From Octopus sinensis (Eukaryota): a stretch of DNA of 64,000 bases. Below the pieces are notes generated by a model. The model searched no databases, was not told the DNA's origin, and was given only the letters and a program-made list of their open reading frames with translations. Location: positions 14,756,001-14,820,000 of the forward strand of contig NC_042998.1 in the NCBI RefSeq assembly GCF_006345805.1. The letters run 5' to 3'. Positions 1-12,405 of this stretch are shown here, piece after piece (within the stretch, counting starts at the first letter, position 1; every line of letters begins with the position of its first letter). The position numbers were made by a program, and so were the translations under genes.

Positions 1-140
1 ATTATTTACATTTGACGGATATTTGTCCACGTCTTGTTTGTTGTTAACACAATGTTTCGGCTGATATACCCTCCAGCCTTCATCAGGTGTCTTGGGGAAA
101 TTTCAAACCTGGGTTCTCAGTCCAAAGGTATTTTTCAATG

Positions 141-179
<39 letters not shown>

Positions 180-280
180 TATTATTATATTATTGGTGTT
201 GTTGTTGTTGTTGTTGTGTTGTTGTTGTTGTTATTGTCCAGGGCACTGCTTGAAATCGAAGATTCCACTATGCCATATGT
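1..280 (-). mobile_element. tRNA-head/microsatellite/hammerhead module (Penelope pLTR-like), inverted copy with internally deleted head; cut by window edge
   Basis: Reverse complement matches the + module at 285-606 (CATATGGCATAGTGG...(AAC/AAT)n...GAGAACCCAGG...GACACCTGATGAAGGCTGG...TGTAAATAAT). Confidence 0.8.
46..91 (-). ncRNA. Minimal type I hammerhead ribozyme motif, stem III palindrome mutated (ACGU>ACAU)
   Basis: Minus strand reads GACAC CUGAUGA A GGCUG-GAGGGUAUAU-CAGCC GAAA CA UU GUGUU. Confidence 0.65.
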
Positions 281-284
281 CCAT

Positions 285-392
285 GGGCATATGACATAGT
301 GGTTAAGAGCGCAGGCTACTAACCCCAGGATTCCAAGTTTGATTGCAAGCAGTGACCAGAACAATAACAACAACAACAACAACAACAACAAC

Positions 393-448
<56 letters not shown>

Positions 449-606
449 TAATAACATTGAAAAATACCTTAGGACTGAGAACCCAGGTTTGAAATTTCCC
501 CCAAGACACCTGAAGAAGGCTGGAGGGTATATCAGCCGAAACGTTGTGTTAACAACAAACAAGATGAGGACAAATATCCGTTGAATGTAAATAATGTAAA
601 TAATGT
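285..606 (+). mobile_element. tRNA-head/microsatellite/hammerhead module (Penelope pLTR-like)
   Basis: A-box-like TGACATAGTGG and B-box-like AGTTTGATTGC head (285-357), (AAC)n(AAT)n linker, hammerhead at 505-550, terminal TGTAAATAA repeats. Confidence 0.8.
505..550 (+). ncRNA. Minimal type I hammerhead ribozyme motif with intact core
   Basis: GACAC CUGAAGA A GGCUG-GAGGGUAUAU-CAGCC GAAA CG UU GUGUU: stem I GACAC/GUGUU, 5-bp stem II, palindromic ACGU in place of stem III, GUU cleavage triplet. Confidence 0.75.
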
Positions 607-689
607 CCATCTCATCTCTTTACATATTTTCATTCCTTACTCTCCGTCTCTTCATGTACAATTTTTAGGAATTTATAGTCATATCTGTC

Positions 690-1003
690 GTCCCCCAGTA
701 CTTTTTCTTTCAAGGCTGGTACTTATTTTATCCGCTGCTTTTGCTGAACTGCTATGTTACAGGAACGTAATAACAACAATACCTGTTGTTAAGTGGTGTT
801 GGGGGAACAAACACAGACAAAAAGACACACACACACACATACATATATGTGTATTTATATACGACAGGCTTCTTTCAGGTTCCGTCAACAAAATTCACTC
901 AGAAGGCCTTGGTTGGCCCGAGGCTATAGTAGAAAACACTTGCCAAAGGTGCCACACTGTGGAATTGAACCTGGAACAATGTGGTTTACCACACAGCCAC
1001 ACC
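690..1003 (-). mobile_element. tRNA-derived SINE family A, degenerate copy
   Basis: Reverse complement aligns by eye to the full copy at 1202-1604. Confidence 0.75.
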
Positions 1004-1201
1004 TATATCTAATATATATATATATATATATATAAATCAATAAATGGTGGGGTTGTGTTGACCGCACGTGGAGAAATGATAAGCAAGGAAAAAGGCAGAA
1101 TGCTAAATTGAAACAAAATTTTAATGAAAATGGGTGTATGGAAAAATTTTTGAAAAATTGATAAAATATATATATATTAATTCAAACCGGTTTTCATTAT
1201 A

Positions 1202-1604
1202 GGCGCAGGAGTGGCTGTGTGGTAAGTAACCTGTCTACCAACCACATGGTTCTGGGTTCAGTCCCACTGTGTGGCACTTTGGGCAAGTGTCTTCTACTAT
1301 AGCCTCGGGCCGACCAAAGCCTTGTGAGTGGATTTGGTAGGCGGAAACTGAAAGAAACCCGTCGTATATAAGTATGCATGTGTGTGTTTGTGTGTCTGTT
1401 TTTTCCCCCATAGCATTGCTTGACAACCGATGCTGGTGTGTTTGTGTCCCCGTCACTTAGCGGTTCAGCAAAAGAGACCGATAGAATAAGTACTGGGCTT
1501 ACAATAGAATAAGTTCTGGGGTCGAGTTGCTCGATTAAAGGCAGTGCTTCAGCATGGCCGCAGTCAAATGACTGAAACAAGTAAAAGAGTAAATAGTAAA
1601 GAGT
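1202..1604 (+). mobile_element. tRNA-derived SINE family A, full-length
   Basis: Head GGCGCAGGAGTGGCTGTGTGG (A box) and GGTTCAGTCCC (B box), CORE-like TTGGGCAAGT, internal (TA)/(TG) tract, tail TGACTGAAACAAGTAAAAGAG; more than 15 copies or fragments in the window. Confidence 0.9.
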
Positions 1605-1913
1605 CATAATGTGACTTTTCAAGAATTGTAAAGAAAAAATTTTTTTTAAATGTGAGGAGGAGGAAAAAAGAAAATTAAATTGTTTTTTGCAAAAAAATAA
1701 TAATAAATATATACAAAAATTAAAAAATAGGTACTCTGATACATTGTAAAGTCTTTGTGTATCTTGAGTTTAATGATTGTTCACTACACCCATTTTCATT
1801 AAAATTTTCTTTCAATTTAGCATTCTGCCTTTTTACAATTTTTCCTTGATTATATATATATATATATATATATGTCTATATGTCTGTGTATGTGTGTATT
1901 TATATGTCTATGT

Positions 1914-2080
1914 CATCATCATCATCATCATCGTTTAACGTACGTTCTTCATGCTAGCATGGGTTGGACGGTTCAACTGGGGCCTGGGAAGCCAGAAGGC
2001 TGCACCAGACCCAGTCTGATCTGGCAGTGTTTCTACAGCTGGATGCCCTTCCTAACGCCAACCACTCCATGAGTGTAGTA
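1914..2080 (-). mobile_element. RTE 3' UTR-derived retroposon (family B), 5' truncated
   Basis: Minus strand GGCGTTAGGAAGGGCATCCAGC...CCCATGCTAGCATG...GTTAAAC(GAT)n, same tail as follows the RTE ORF end at 36055-36907. Confidence 0.85.
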
Positions 2081-2519
2081 CACTACTGGGCCATTGCACC
2101 TCCACATATATATACAATAGGCTTCTTCCAGTTTCCATTTACCAAACTCACTCACAAGGCTTTGGTCAGCCTGTGGCTAAAATAGAAGACACCCAAAGTC
2201 CCACATAGTGGTACTGAATCCAAAACCATGTGGTTGGGCAGCAAGCTTCTTACCACACAGCCACACCTTTTATCTTTTACTTGCTCTAGTTCATAGACTG
2301 CAGCCATGCTGATGCACCGTCTTGAAGAATTTTCATTAAACATATTAGCCTCAGAAACTTAAGGCACGTCTGTGAACTATGCACAACACACTTATACAAT
2401 TTAGTGCTGGTAAATGCAATTGTGGTTGTTCAAATTGTTTACAATAATCACATTCATGGCAATCTGATAGTCTTCAGCAAATTTTTTGGTATCATGGTCA
2501 CAGTTTTTACAACACCATT

Positions 2520-2867
2520 TTGGAAATTGTAGTTGTGATACCAGTGCCGGTGGCACGTAAAAGAACCATCCGAACGTGGCCATTGCCAGTGCCACCTCGA
2601 ATGGCCTCTGTGCCGGTAGCACATATAAAGCACCAACTGATCGTGGCCATTGCCAGCATCGCCTGGCACCTGTGCCAGTGGCACGTAAAAAGCACCCACT
2701 ACACTCACGGAGTGGTTGGCGTTAGGAAGGGCATCCAGCTGTAGAAACACTGCCAGATCAGACTGGAGTCTGGTGTAGCCTCGTGAGTTTCCCAAACCCC
2801 AGTCGAACTGTCCAATCCATGCTAGCATGGAAAGCAGACATTAACCGATGATGATGATGATGATGAT
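2520..2867 (+). mobile_element. RTE 3' UTR-derived retroposon (family B)
   Basis: GTGCCGGTGGCAC hairpin units, GGAAGGGCATCC block, (GAT)n tail. Confidence 0.85.
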
Positions 2868-3599
2868 TTTCTCTTGAACCTTTCTCTTGGTGGACCCTGG
2901 TGAATGAAAATGCATCTAAGGAGCACAGAGAGTCAGCTGTGACTAAACTGAATAGCAATGTTGCATACACTGACAAGAAGAAAACCAATATGTCTGTCTG
3001 GCAGAAATGTTCACCGAAGAGTTGATGTTTTTATAGCAAGGAAAGACTGAAAACAACATCTCTTTTATAATTTCTATGTGATTTGTGTTGACTGGATTCT
3101 TGTGAAGACCAGTAAAGTCAAAATATTTTGCTTGGAAAACCAGTAGAGATTACTGACAGGAAGAGCATTCAACTATAGAATACTGCCTCATTAAATTTTG
3201 TCCAGTAAACAGTAATGACAATGGTGGTGGAGTTGGTGCCGGCAGTAGCGGTGGCCACGGTGGTGGTGGTGATGATGATAATGATGACATATATACATAA
3301 TTTCCAAGAGAAAGGTTGACAATTATTTCAAAGTTTCAATTATATAGCATTCATCAGATAATAAATTTTATAAGTATACTAGTATACCCATGTTGTCAAA
3401 AATGCCAACAGTTTTATTAATGATAGAAAATAGTATATCAAAACAATAGGAGAAACCATTGATAAATGTCAGTAATCAAGTATATATATGTACATACACA
3501 GAATTGAAAGCACTTGAACAACTCTGGTGAAAATATTTTCATCCACATAATATATATATTTATATGAAACATCCACTTTTCTATATGCATGAGTGCATG

Positions 3600-3870
<271 letters not shown>

Positions 3871-4009
3871 GAAAGAATGAGAGATAATGAGAAAGTATGA
3901 AAGAGAAAGAATGAGAGAGAGAGTGAAAGGGACAATGAGAGAGAGGGAGAGACATACATACATACAGACAGACAGCCTCCACCACAGACTCAAGATGGCT
4001 CCAGAACCT

Positions 4010-4330
4010 GGTGCATATGTTCCTCACTCTGCCCCAGGAAGATATTCCTATACTTTCTTGACTTTAGCCTAGGTGTTGAAGCAGAACAGTTGGTGTCTTC
4101 CTTACCTGAACTCCAAACATAGTACTTCATGAGATTACAATGAGGAAATTTTGGAGACCAGAAACTGAGGCTGGTGAAGTCATAGAAATTCTCCAGCAAC
4201 CATTTCTGACTCTTTCTGGAGGTAAGGCACGAAACTGAATCCTGTTGCCACAATACAGGACATTCCAGCAGCGACCGTCTCCGCCGAAAGTTTGACCACA
4301 GTCTCCAGTAACTTCATATATAGCCATTTG
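4010..4330 (-). mobile_element. maT/DD37D-like (Tc1/mariner superfamily) transposase relic
   Basis: Translates to WQQDSVSCLTSRKSQKWLLENFYDFTSLSFWSPKFPHCNLMKYYVWS, a decayed WQQDSAP...WPPNSPDLNPMDYYVW region. Confidence 0.7.
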
Positions 4331-4512
4331 AATTGGGCTTTAGGTTCTGTTCAAATATGTCAGGCTAGATGATGTTACCTTCACTGGAGACACATCTAAA
4401 GACCATCACATTTTAGGGGGAACTTGGTTTCCATGATGCCCTTGTTACATCTTACACTCGTTACTGAAAAAGGGCTGGGAGTCACATGATGGATCGTTTT
4501 TTTTCTTTATTT

Positions 4513-4907
4513 CTTTTACTTGTTTCAGTCATCTGACTGCAGCCATGCTGGAGCACCACCTTTAGTTGAGCAAATCGACCCCAAGACTTATTCTTTGTAA
4601 GCCTAGTACTTATTCTATCGGTCTCTTATGGCAAGCCACTAAGTTATGGGGATGTGAACACGCCAGCATTGGTTGTCAAGCAATGTTGGGGGACAAACAC
4701 ACACACACACAAACACACAAACACACAAACACACACACACACACACAAACACATATACGATAGGCTTCTTTTAGTTTCCATCTACCAAATCCTCACAAGG
4801 CTTTGGTCAGCCCAAGGCTATAGCAGAAGACACTTGTCCAAGGTGCCACGCAGTGGGACTGAACCTGGAACCATGTGGTTGGTAGGCAAGCTACATACTA
4901 CACAGCC
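4513..4907 (-). mobile_element. SINE family A, near full-length
   Basis: Reverse complement of the family A head, body and tail. Confidence 0.88.
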
Positions 4908-5356
4908 CATAGTTTATTGCTTGATTGTTTGATAAGATGGACTCAGCTTCCTTCTTCAACCTATAATATAAACTCTTATAAAGCTCTCGTGTATTAGGCT
5001 AGCATATTCTTCTTCACACTAGTGATATAGAAAACATGTGTTTACATTCTTTTTTAACCCAGAGTAAGGCTTTATGATATTTAAATTTATTGCAGTTCTT
5101 CTGATTTATGCTATGTTGTGCATGATCAGATATTGTTTAATTAATGAAGAGCAATCAAAGGTGCAAATATGCAAATATATACACACATTTACATATGCAC
5201 ACACACATGCACACATTTAATACAGTGCACCTCAGAAATTTAGAATATTAAGCAAAAATTCGACATTTTTGTCATTGAATTTAGAATGTAAATTTTCAAT
5301 TGTATAATTGCTTACCGAATCCAATCTGTTCTAAGTATTTTGTAGAAACAAGCTAA

Positions 5357-5581
5357 CTCTTTTACTCTTTTACTTGTTTCAGTCCTTTTCACTGAGGCCA
5401 TGTTAGAGCACCGCCTTTAGTCGATCAAACTGACCCCGGGATTTATTCTTTGCAAGCCTGGTACTTATTCTATCAGTCTAATTTGCCAAACTGCTAAGTT
5501 ACGGGTATGTAAACACACCAGTATCAGTTGTCAAGCGATGTTGGGAGGACAAACACAGACACACAAACATACTCACACACA

Positions 5582-5621
<40 letters not shown>

Positions 5622-5785
5622 CACAGAAGTGGCTGTGTGGTAAGTAGCTTGTTTACCAACCACATGGTTCCGGGTTCAGTCCCACTGCGTGGCACCTTGG
5701 GCAAGTGTCTTCTACTATAGCTTCGGGCCGACCAAAGCCTTGTGAGTGGATTTGGTAGACGGAAACTGAAAAGAAGCCCGTTGTA

Positions 5786-5818
<33 letters not shown>

Positions 5819-6219
5819 GCGTGTGTGTGTTTGCGTGTTTGTCCCCCTAGCATTGCTTGACAACCGATGCTGGTGTGTTTATGTCCCCGTTACTTAGCGG
5901 TTCGGCAAAAGAGACCGATAGAATAAGTACTGGGCTTACAAAAAAAGAATAAGTCCCGGGGTCGAGTTGCCCGATTAAAGGCGGTGCTCCAGCATGGCCA
6001 CAGTCAAATGACTGAAACAAGTAAAAGAGTAAAAGAGTAAAAGAGAGAGAGAATATATGACTGGCTTCTTTCAGTTTCCATCTACCGAATCCACTCACAA
6101 GACTTTGGTCGGCCCGAGGCTATAGTAGAAGACACTCACCCAAGGTGCCATGCAATGGGACTGAACCCAGAAGCTTGTGGTTTGTAATCAAGCTACTACT
6201 TTACCACACAGCCATTCCT
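5357..6219 (-). mobile_element. SINE family A copy interrupted by a second family A copy
   Basis: Tail half at 5357-5580 and head half at 6052-6219 flank the + copy. Confidence 0.75.
5620..6051 (+). mobile_element. SINE family A, full-length, nested in the (TA)n of an opposite-strand copy
   Basis: Complete head to tail, preceded by (TA)n. Confidence 0.88.
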
Positions 6220-6374
6220 AACATTTAGAATTTAGAATTTCAACACCTGTGCCATTAAAAATCCAATATCATAGAATTTTAGAATAAAATATTTGGTGCC
6301 TGGGGCATATGTCTTCTACTATAGCCTAAGGTCAACCAAAGCTTCTGTGTGTGGTGTGTGTGTGTGTGTGTGTA

Positions 6375-6692
6375 GGCTGTGGTGAATATATTGTTGTCTG
6401 AATTACGCAAAAATAAAAATAACACTGACATCTCATTTTAATAGATATACTTACCAAAATTACACTAAAATATCTTGAAATACTAAACAGGAAATTTATT
6501 CAATAAAAAAAACCATTGGCTTCAGCCACGACCTCCACACGACCTCTGAATCTCTTGCAACTTTTCTGGACGGTCTCTTTGTTCAAGTTGGTGAATATGG
6601 CCAAAATTCTTGCCTTCACTTCATCTTTGGTATTACAAGGAGTTTCACTGATCTCTCAGTCAACTGCATCCCACACATAATATGTGTCCATA
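6375..6692 (-). mobile_element. maT/DD37D-like transposon 3' end relic
   Basis: Translates to MDTYYVWDAVD*EISETPCNTKDEVKARILAIFTNLNKETVQKSCKRFRGRVEVVAEANGFFIE*. Confidence 0.72.
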
Positions 6693-6840
6693 GCTTACAT
6701 CAGGTACATTTTATGGAGTTTCTACCTATGCCTTTCTACAGATTGAGCAGGGCCATTCTACTTGATGGGATATATATATATAACATATATATATATTATG
6801 ATACATATATATATATATTATATATATATATTATTATATC

Positions 6841-6871
<31 letters not shown>

Positions 6872-6929
6872 CATATATATATATATATATTATAGATATA
6901 TATATCTATATATATATATAAATATGTAT

Positions 6930-7425
6930 CGTTGACAGAGCGGCTAACCGCTTCCGTGCCAGTGGAACATAAACGCACCATTCCATGTGATCGTTACCAG
7001 CGTTGCCTTACTGGCACTTGTGCCCCATGCTAGTAAGGTGCTAAGAGCACCATCCGAGCATGATCGTTGCCAGAGCAGCCAACTGGCTTCCCATGCTGGT
7101 GGCACATAAAAGGCACCATTCGAGCCTGATTGTTTACCAGTGTCACCTTACTGCACTTGTGCCGGTGGCATGTGTAAAAACATTCGAGCGAGGTCGTTGC
7201 CAGTACCACCAGACTTGCCCCCGTGCCGGTGGCACGTAAAAAATACCCACTACACTCTCAGAGTGGTTGGCGTTAGGAAGGGCATCCAGCTGTAGAAACT
7301 CTGCCAGATCAAGATTGGAGCCTGGTGCAGCCATCTGGTTCGCCAGTCCTCAGTCAAATCCTCCAACCCATGCTAGCATAGAAAGCAGACGTTAAATGAT
7401 GATAATGATGATGATGATGATGATG
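6930..7425 (+). mobile_element. Family B (RTE 3' UTR) variant with diverged repeat units
   Basis: GTGCC(A/G)GTGGCAC-type units, GGAAGGGCATCC block, (GAT)n tail; duplicated at ~12420-12920. Confidence 0.8.
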
Positions 7426-8906
7426 TTAGGCAGCAAGCTGGCCAAATCATTAACACACCGGGGAAAAAATGGTTGGCAGTGTTTTGTCTATCTTTATGTT
7501 CTGAGTTCAAATTCAACCAAGGTTGACTTTGCCATTCATCTTTTCAGTGGTTGGCATTAGGAAGGGCATCCAGCTGTAGAAACTCTGCCGGATCAAGATT
7601 GGAGCCTGGCGCTGCCATCTGGTTCGCCAGCCCTCAGTCAAATCGTCCAACCCATACTAGCATGGAAAGCGGACATTAAATGATGATGATGATGATGATG
7701 ATGAAGACGACGACAACGATGACGATGACGACAACGACGACGACGGCGATGACAACGATGACGATGACGACAACGACGACGACAACGTTATTCGTTTTTG
7801 AATCTCCCTTGAAAACATATCCAGCCTTGGAGTAATTTAACACATATCCAGCCTTGCTTGGAAACAAGTGAGGACTGGCAACAGGGTGTCTGGCTTTTAG
7901 GAAATCTGCATAAATATATTCCAGCTAATGTACACAAGCACAGTGGGTGGTGATGGTGGTGGTGGATGCCCAAGAAAGCAGGGCTGGTGTGGTGATTAGC
8001 AAATCAGGGAGTGGCTGATCAAATTGACCTCGGCATTTAGTTTTTGCAAGCCTAGTACTTATTCTATCAGACTCTTTTGCCAAACTGCTAAGTTATGGGG
8101 ATGTAAACACACCAGTATCAGTTGTCAAGCGATGTTGGGAGGACAAACACAGACACACAAACATACTCACACACATGCATATATATATATACATAGGCGC
8201 AGGAGTGGCTGTGTGGTAAGTAGCTTGTTTACCAACCACATGGTTCCGGGTTCAGTCCCACTGCATGGCACCTTGGGCAAGTGTCTTCTACTATAGCCTC
8301 GGGCCGACCAGAGCCTTGTGAATGGATTTGGTAGATGGAAACTGAAAAGAAGCCCATTGTATATATGTATATATATATATGTGTGTACCTGTGTTTGTGT
8401 GTTTGTCCCCCTAGCATTGCTTGACAACCGATGCTGGTGTGTTTATGTCTCCGTTACTTAGCGGTTCGGCAAAAGAAACCAAAAGAATAAGTACTGGGCT
8501 TACAAAAAAAGAATAAGTCCCGGGGTCGAGTTGCTCGACTAAAGGCGGTGCTCCAGCATGGCCACAGTCAAATGACTGAAACAAGTAAAAGAGTAAAAGA
8601 GTAAAAGAGAGAGAGAATATATGACTGGCTTCTTTCAGTTTCCATCAACCGAATCCACTCACAAGAAGTTGGTCGGCCCGAGGCTATAGTAGAAGACACT
8701 CACCCAAGGTGCCATGCAATGGGACTGAACCCAGAAGCATGTGGTTTGTAATCAAGCTACTACTTTACCACACAGCCATTCCTAACATTTAGAATTTAGA
8801 ATTTCAAAACCTGTGCCATTAAAAATCCAATATCATAGAATTTTAGAATAAAATATTTGGTGCCTGGGGCATATGTCTTCTACTATAGCCTAAGGTCAAC
8901 CAAAGC

Positions 8907-8939
<33 letters not shown>

Positions 8940-8940
<1 letters not shown>

Positions 8941-9262
8941 AGGGTGCAGTGAATATATTGTTGTCTAAATTACGCAAAAATAAAAATAACACTGACATCT
9001 CATTTTTAATAGATATACTTACCAAAATTACACTAAAATATCTTGAAATACTAAACAGTAAATTTATTCAATAAAAAAAACCCTTGGCTTCAGCCACGAC
9101 CTCCACACGACCTCTGAATCTCTTGCAACTTTTCTGGACGGTCTCTTTGTTCAAGTTGGTGAATATGGCCAAAATTCTTGCCTTCACTTCATCTTTGGTA
9201 TTACGAGGAGTTTCACTGATCTCTCAGTCAACTGCATCCCACACATAATATGTGTCCATAGC
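8940..9262 (-). mobile_element. maT/DD37D-like transposon 3' end relic with TA-CAGGGTG terminus
   Basis: Duplicate of 6375-6692; terminus TA|CAGGGTGCAGTGAATATATTG. Confidence 0.72.
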
Positions 9263-9350
9263 TTACATCAGGTACATTTTATGGAGTTTCTACCTATGCC
9301 TTTTCTACAGATTGAGCAGGGCCATCTACTTGATGGGATATATATATATA

Positions 9351-12338
9351 CATGGTCATGTGACGAGAATGGCTGAAGATAGTTGTGTGCAAAAGTGCTA
9401 CAACCTAGCAGTTGAGGGAACCTGTGGAAGAGGTAGACCCAGGAAAACCTGGGACGAGGTGGTGAAGCACGACCTTCGAACTTTAGGTCTCACCAAGGAA
9501 ATGACTGAAGACCGAGTCCTATGGAAGTGTGCTGTGCATGAAAGGACCCGGCAGGACTAATCAGGCCATATCCCGTGGCCCCTACCTGGGACGTAGTCGA
9601 TCCACCTGTGCATACCTTCCTTCTTGTGACACTTGTGAAGACCTGCTGGCAGAAGTGAAAATCAATCAAAATAGATGAACATCAATGGAATTTGTATCTT
9701 TGTGGTACCAGTGCCTGTGGCACACAAGAAAACCATCCGAACGTGGCCGTAGCAGTACCCACCGCATCGACTGGCCTCCGTGCTGTGGGAACATGGTGGC
9801 ACATAAAAACACCATCCGAAGACCCGGCAAGACTAGTCAGGTCATAACCCGTGGGCCCTACCTGGGACGTAGTCAGTCCCTGTACATACCTTCCGACTTG
9901 TGAAGACCTGCTGAGGCAAGTGAAAATCAAATCAAATCAAATCAAAACAATCAAAATAGATGAACATCAATGGAATTTGTATCCTTGTGGTACCAGTGCC
10001 AGTGGCACACAGAATCCATCCGAACGTGGCCGTAGTCAGTACCGCTTGTGGTACCAGTGCCGGTGGCACACAAGAATCCATCCGAACGTGGCCGTAGTCA
10101 GTACCGCTTGTGGTACCAGTGCCGTGGCACACAAGAATCCATCCGAACATGGCCGTAGTTAGTACCGCATCACTGGCCATCGTGCTGTGGGCACATAACA
10201 AACACATCCGGTCGTGGCCGTTCGCCAGCCTCATCTAGCCACCTGTGTCGGTGGCACATAAAAAGTAGTCAGTACCGCTTGTGGTACCAGTGCCGGTGGC
10301 ACACAAGATCCATCCGAACATGGCCGTAGTCAGTACCGCATCACTGGCCATCGTGCTGTGGGCACATAACAAACACCATCCGGTCGTGGCCGTTCGCCAG
10401 CCTCATCTAGCACCTGTGTCGGTGGCACATAAAAACACCTTCCGAAGACCCGGCAAGACTAGTCAGGCCATAACCATGGCCCCTACCTGGGACAGTCAGT
10501 CCACCTGTGCATACCTTCCTCCTTGTGATACTTGTGAAGGCCTGTTGAGGCAAGTGAAAATCAAAGGCCTGTTGAGGCAAGTGAAAATCAAATCAAAACA
10601 AATCAAAATAGATGAACATCAATGGAATTTGTATCTTTGTGGTACCAGTACGGTGGCACACAAGAGAAAACCATCCGAAAGTGGCCGTAGCCAGTACCGC
10701 ATCGACTGGCCTCCGTTCTGTGGGCACATGACAAACACCATCCGATCGTGGCCGTTCGCCAGCCTCATCTAGCACCTGTGTCGGTGGCACATAAAAACAC
10801 CATCCGAAGACCCGGCAAGACTAGTCAGGCCATAACCCATGGCCCCTACCTGGGACGTAGTCAGTCCACCTGTGCATACCTTCCTTCTGTGACACTTGTG
10901 AAGACCTGTTGAGGCAAGTGAAAATCAAATCAAAACAAATCAAAATAGATGAACATCAATGGAATCTGTATCTTTGTGGTACCAGTGCCGGTGGCACACA
11001 CTTTGTGGTACCAGTGCCGGTGGCACACATGAGAACCATCCGAACGTGGCCGTAGCCAGTTCCGCATCGACCGGCCTCCGTGCTGTGGGCACGTAACAAA
11101 CACCATCCGATCATGGCCGTTCGCCAGCCTCATCTGGCACCTGTGTCGGTGGCACATAAAAAACACCTTCCGAAGACCCGGCAAGACTAGTCAGTCCACC
11201 TGTGCATACCTTCCTTCCTTCTTGTGACACTTGTGAAGACCGGTTGAGGCAAGTGAAAATCAAATCAAATCAATCAAAATAGACAAAATAGATGAACATC
11301 AATGGAATTTGTATCTTGTTGGTACCAGTGCCTGTGGCACACAAGAAATCCATCAGTGCCGTAGTCAGTGCGGTGGGCACATGACAAACACCATCCGATC
11401 GTGGCCGTTCGCCAGCCTCATCTAGCACCTGTGTCGGTGGCACATAAAACACACCATCCGAAGAACCGGCAAGACTAGTCAGCCATAACCATGGCCCCTA
11501 CCTGGGACGTAGTCAGTCCACCTGCATACCTTCCTTCTTGTGACACTTGTGAAGACCTGTTGAGGCAAGTGAAAATCAAATCAAAACAAATCAAAATAGA
11601 TGAACATCAATGGAATTTGTATCTTCGTGGTACCAGTGCCGGTGGCACGTGGCACATAAGAAAACCATCCGAACGTGGCCGTAGCCAGTACCGCATCGAC
11701 TGGCCTCCGTGCTGTGGGCACGTAACAAGCACCATCCGATCGTGGCCGTTTGCCAGCCTCATCTGGCACCTGTGTCGGTGGAACATAAAAACACCATCCG
11801 AGCGTGGCCGTCTGCAGCTCGTCTGGCACCTGTGTCGGTGGCACATAAAAAACCATCCGAGCGTGGCCGTCTGCCAGCCTCGTCTGGCACCTGTGTCGGT
11901 GGCACATAAAAAACACCATCCGTGCGTGGCCGTCTGCCAGCCTCGTCTGGCACCTGTGTCGGTGGCACATAAAAACACCATCCGAGCGTGCCGTCTGCCC
12001 CGCCTCGTCTGGCACCTTGTGTCGGTGGCACATAAAAAAAAACCATCCGTGCGTGGCCGTCTGCCAGCCCGTCTGGCACCTGTGTCGGTGGCACATAAAA
12101 AACACACCATCCGAGCGTGGCCGTTTGTCAGCCTCGTCTGGCACCTGTGTCGGTGGCACATAAAATCACCCACTACACTCTCGGAGTGGTTGGCGTTAGG
12201 AAGGGCATCCAGCTGTAGAAACCTGCCAGATCTGACTGGACTGGTGCAGCTTTCGGGCTCCCCAGACCCCAGTTGAACCGTCCAACCCATGCTAGCATGG
12301 AAAGCGGACGTTAAATGATGATGATGATGATGATGATG

Positions 12339-12340
<2 letters not shown>
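9351..12340 (+). mobile_element. 5'-truncated RTE LINE whose 3' UTR is tandemly amplified six times
   Basis: ORF end GHVTRMAEDSCVQKC...GRGRPRKTWDEVVKHDLRTLGL...RTRQD* (stop 9558-9560); unit starts at 9543, 9818, 10444, 10806, 11172, 11460; single (GAT)n tail; flanked by (TA)n. Confidence 0.85.

Positions 12341-12405
<65 letters not shown>

Larger units (their letters stand above)
5423..8016 (+). repeat. Tandem segmental duplication, copy 1 (~2.6 kb)
   Basis: Same order of SINE A nest, maT relic, (TA)n, family B element and unique flank recurs at 8017-13210. Confidence 0.85.

Noticed and set aside
285-357. Genuine tRNA genes at the SINE heads
   Set aside because: Acceptor stems do not close, copies are diverged and each runs into a repeat body; they are treated as tRNA-derived heads.
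11640-12180. CRISPR-like array (palindromic ~30-nt repeat with ~30-nt intervening segments)
   Set aside because: The intervening segments are homologous to each other, the context is a eukaryotic LINE UTR and there are no cas genes.
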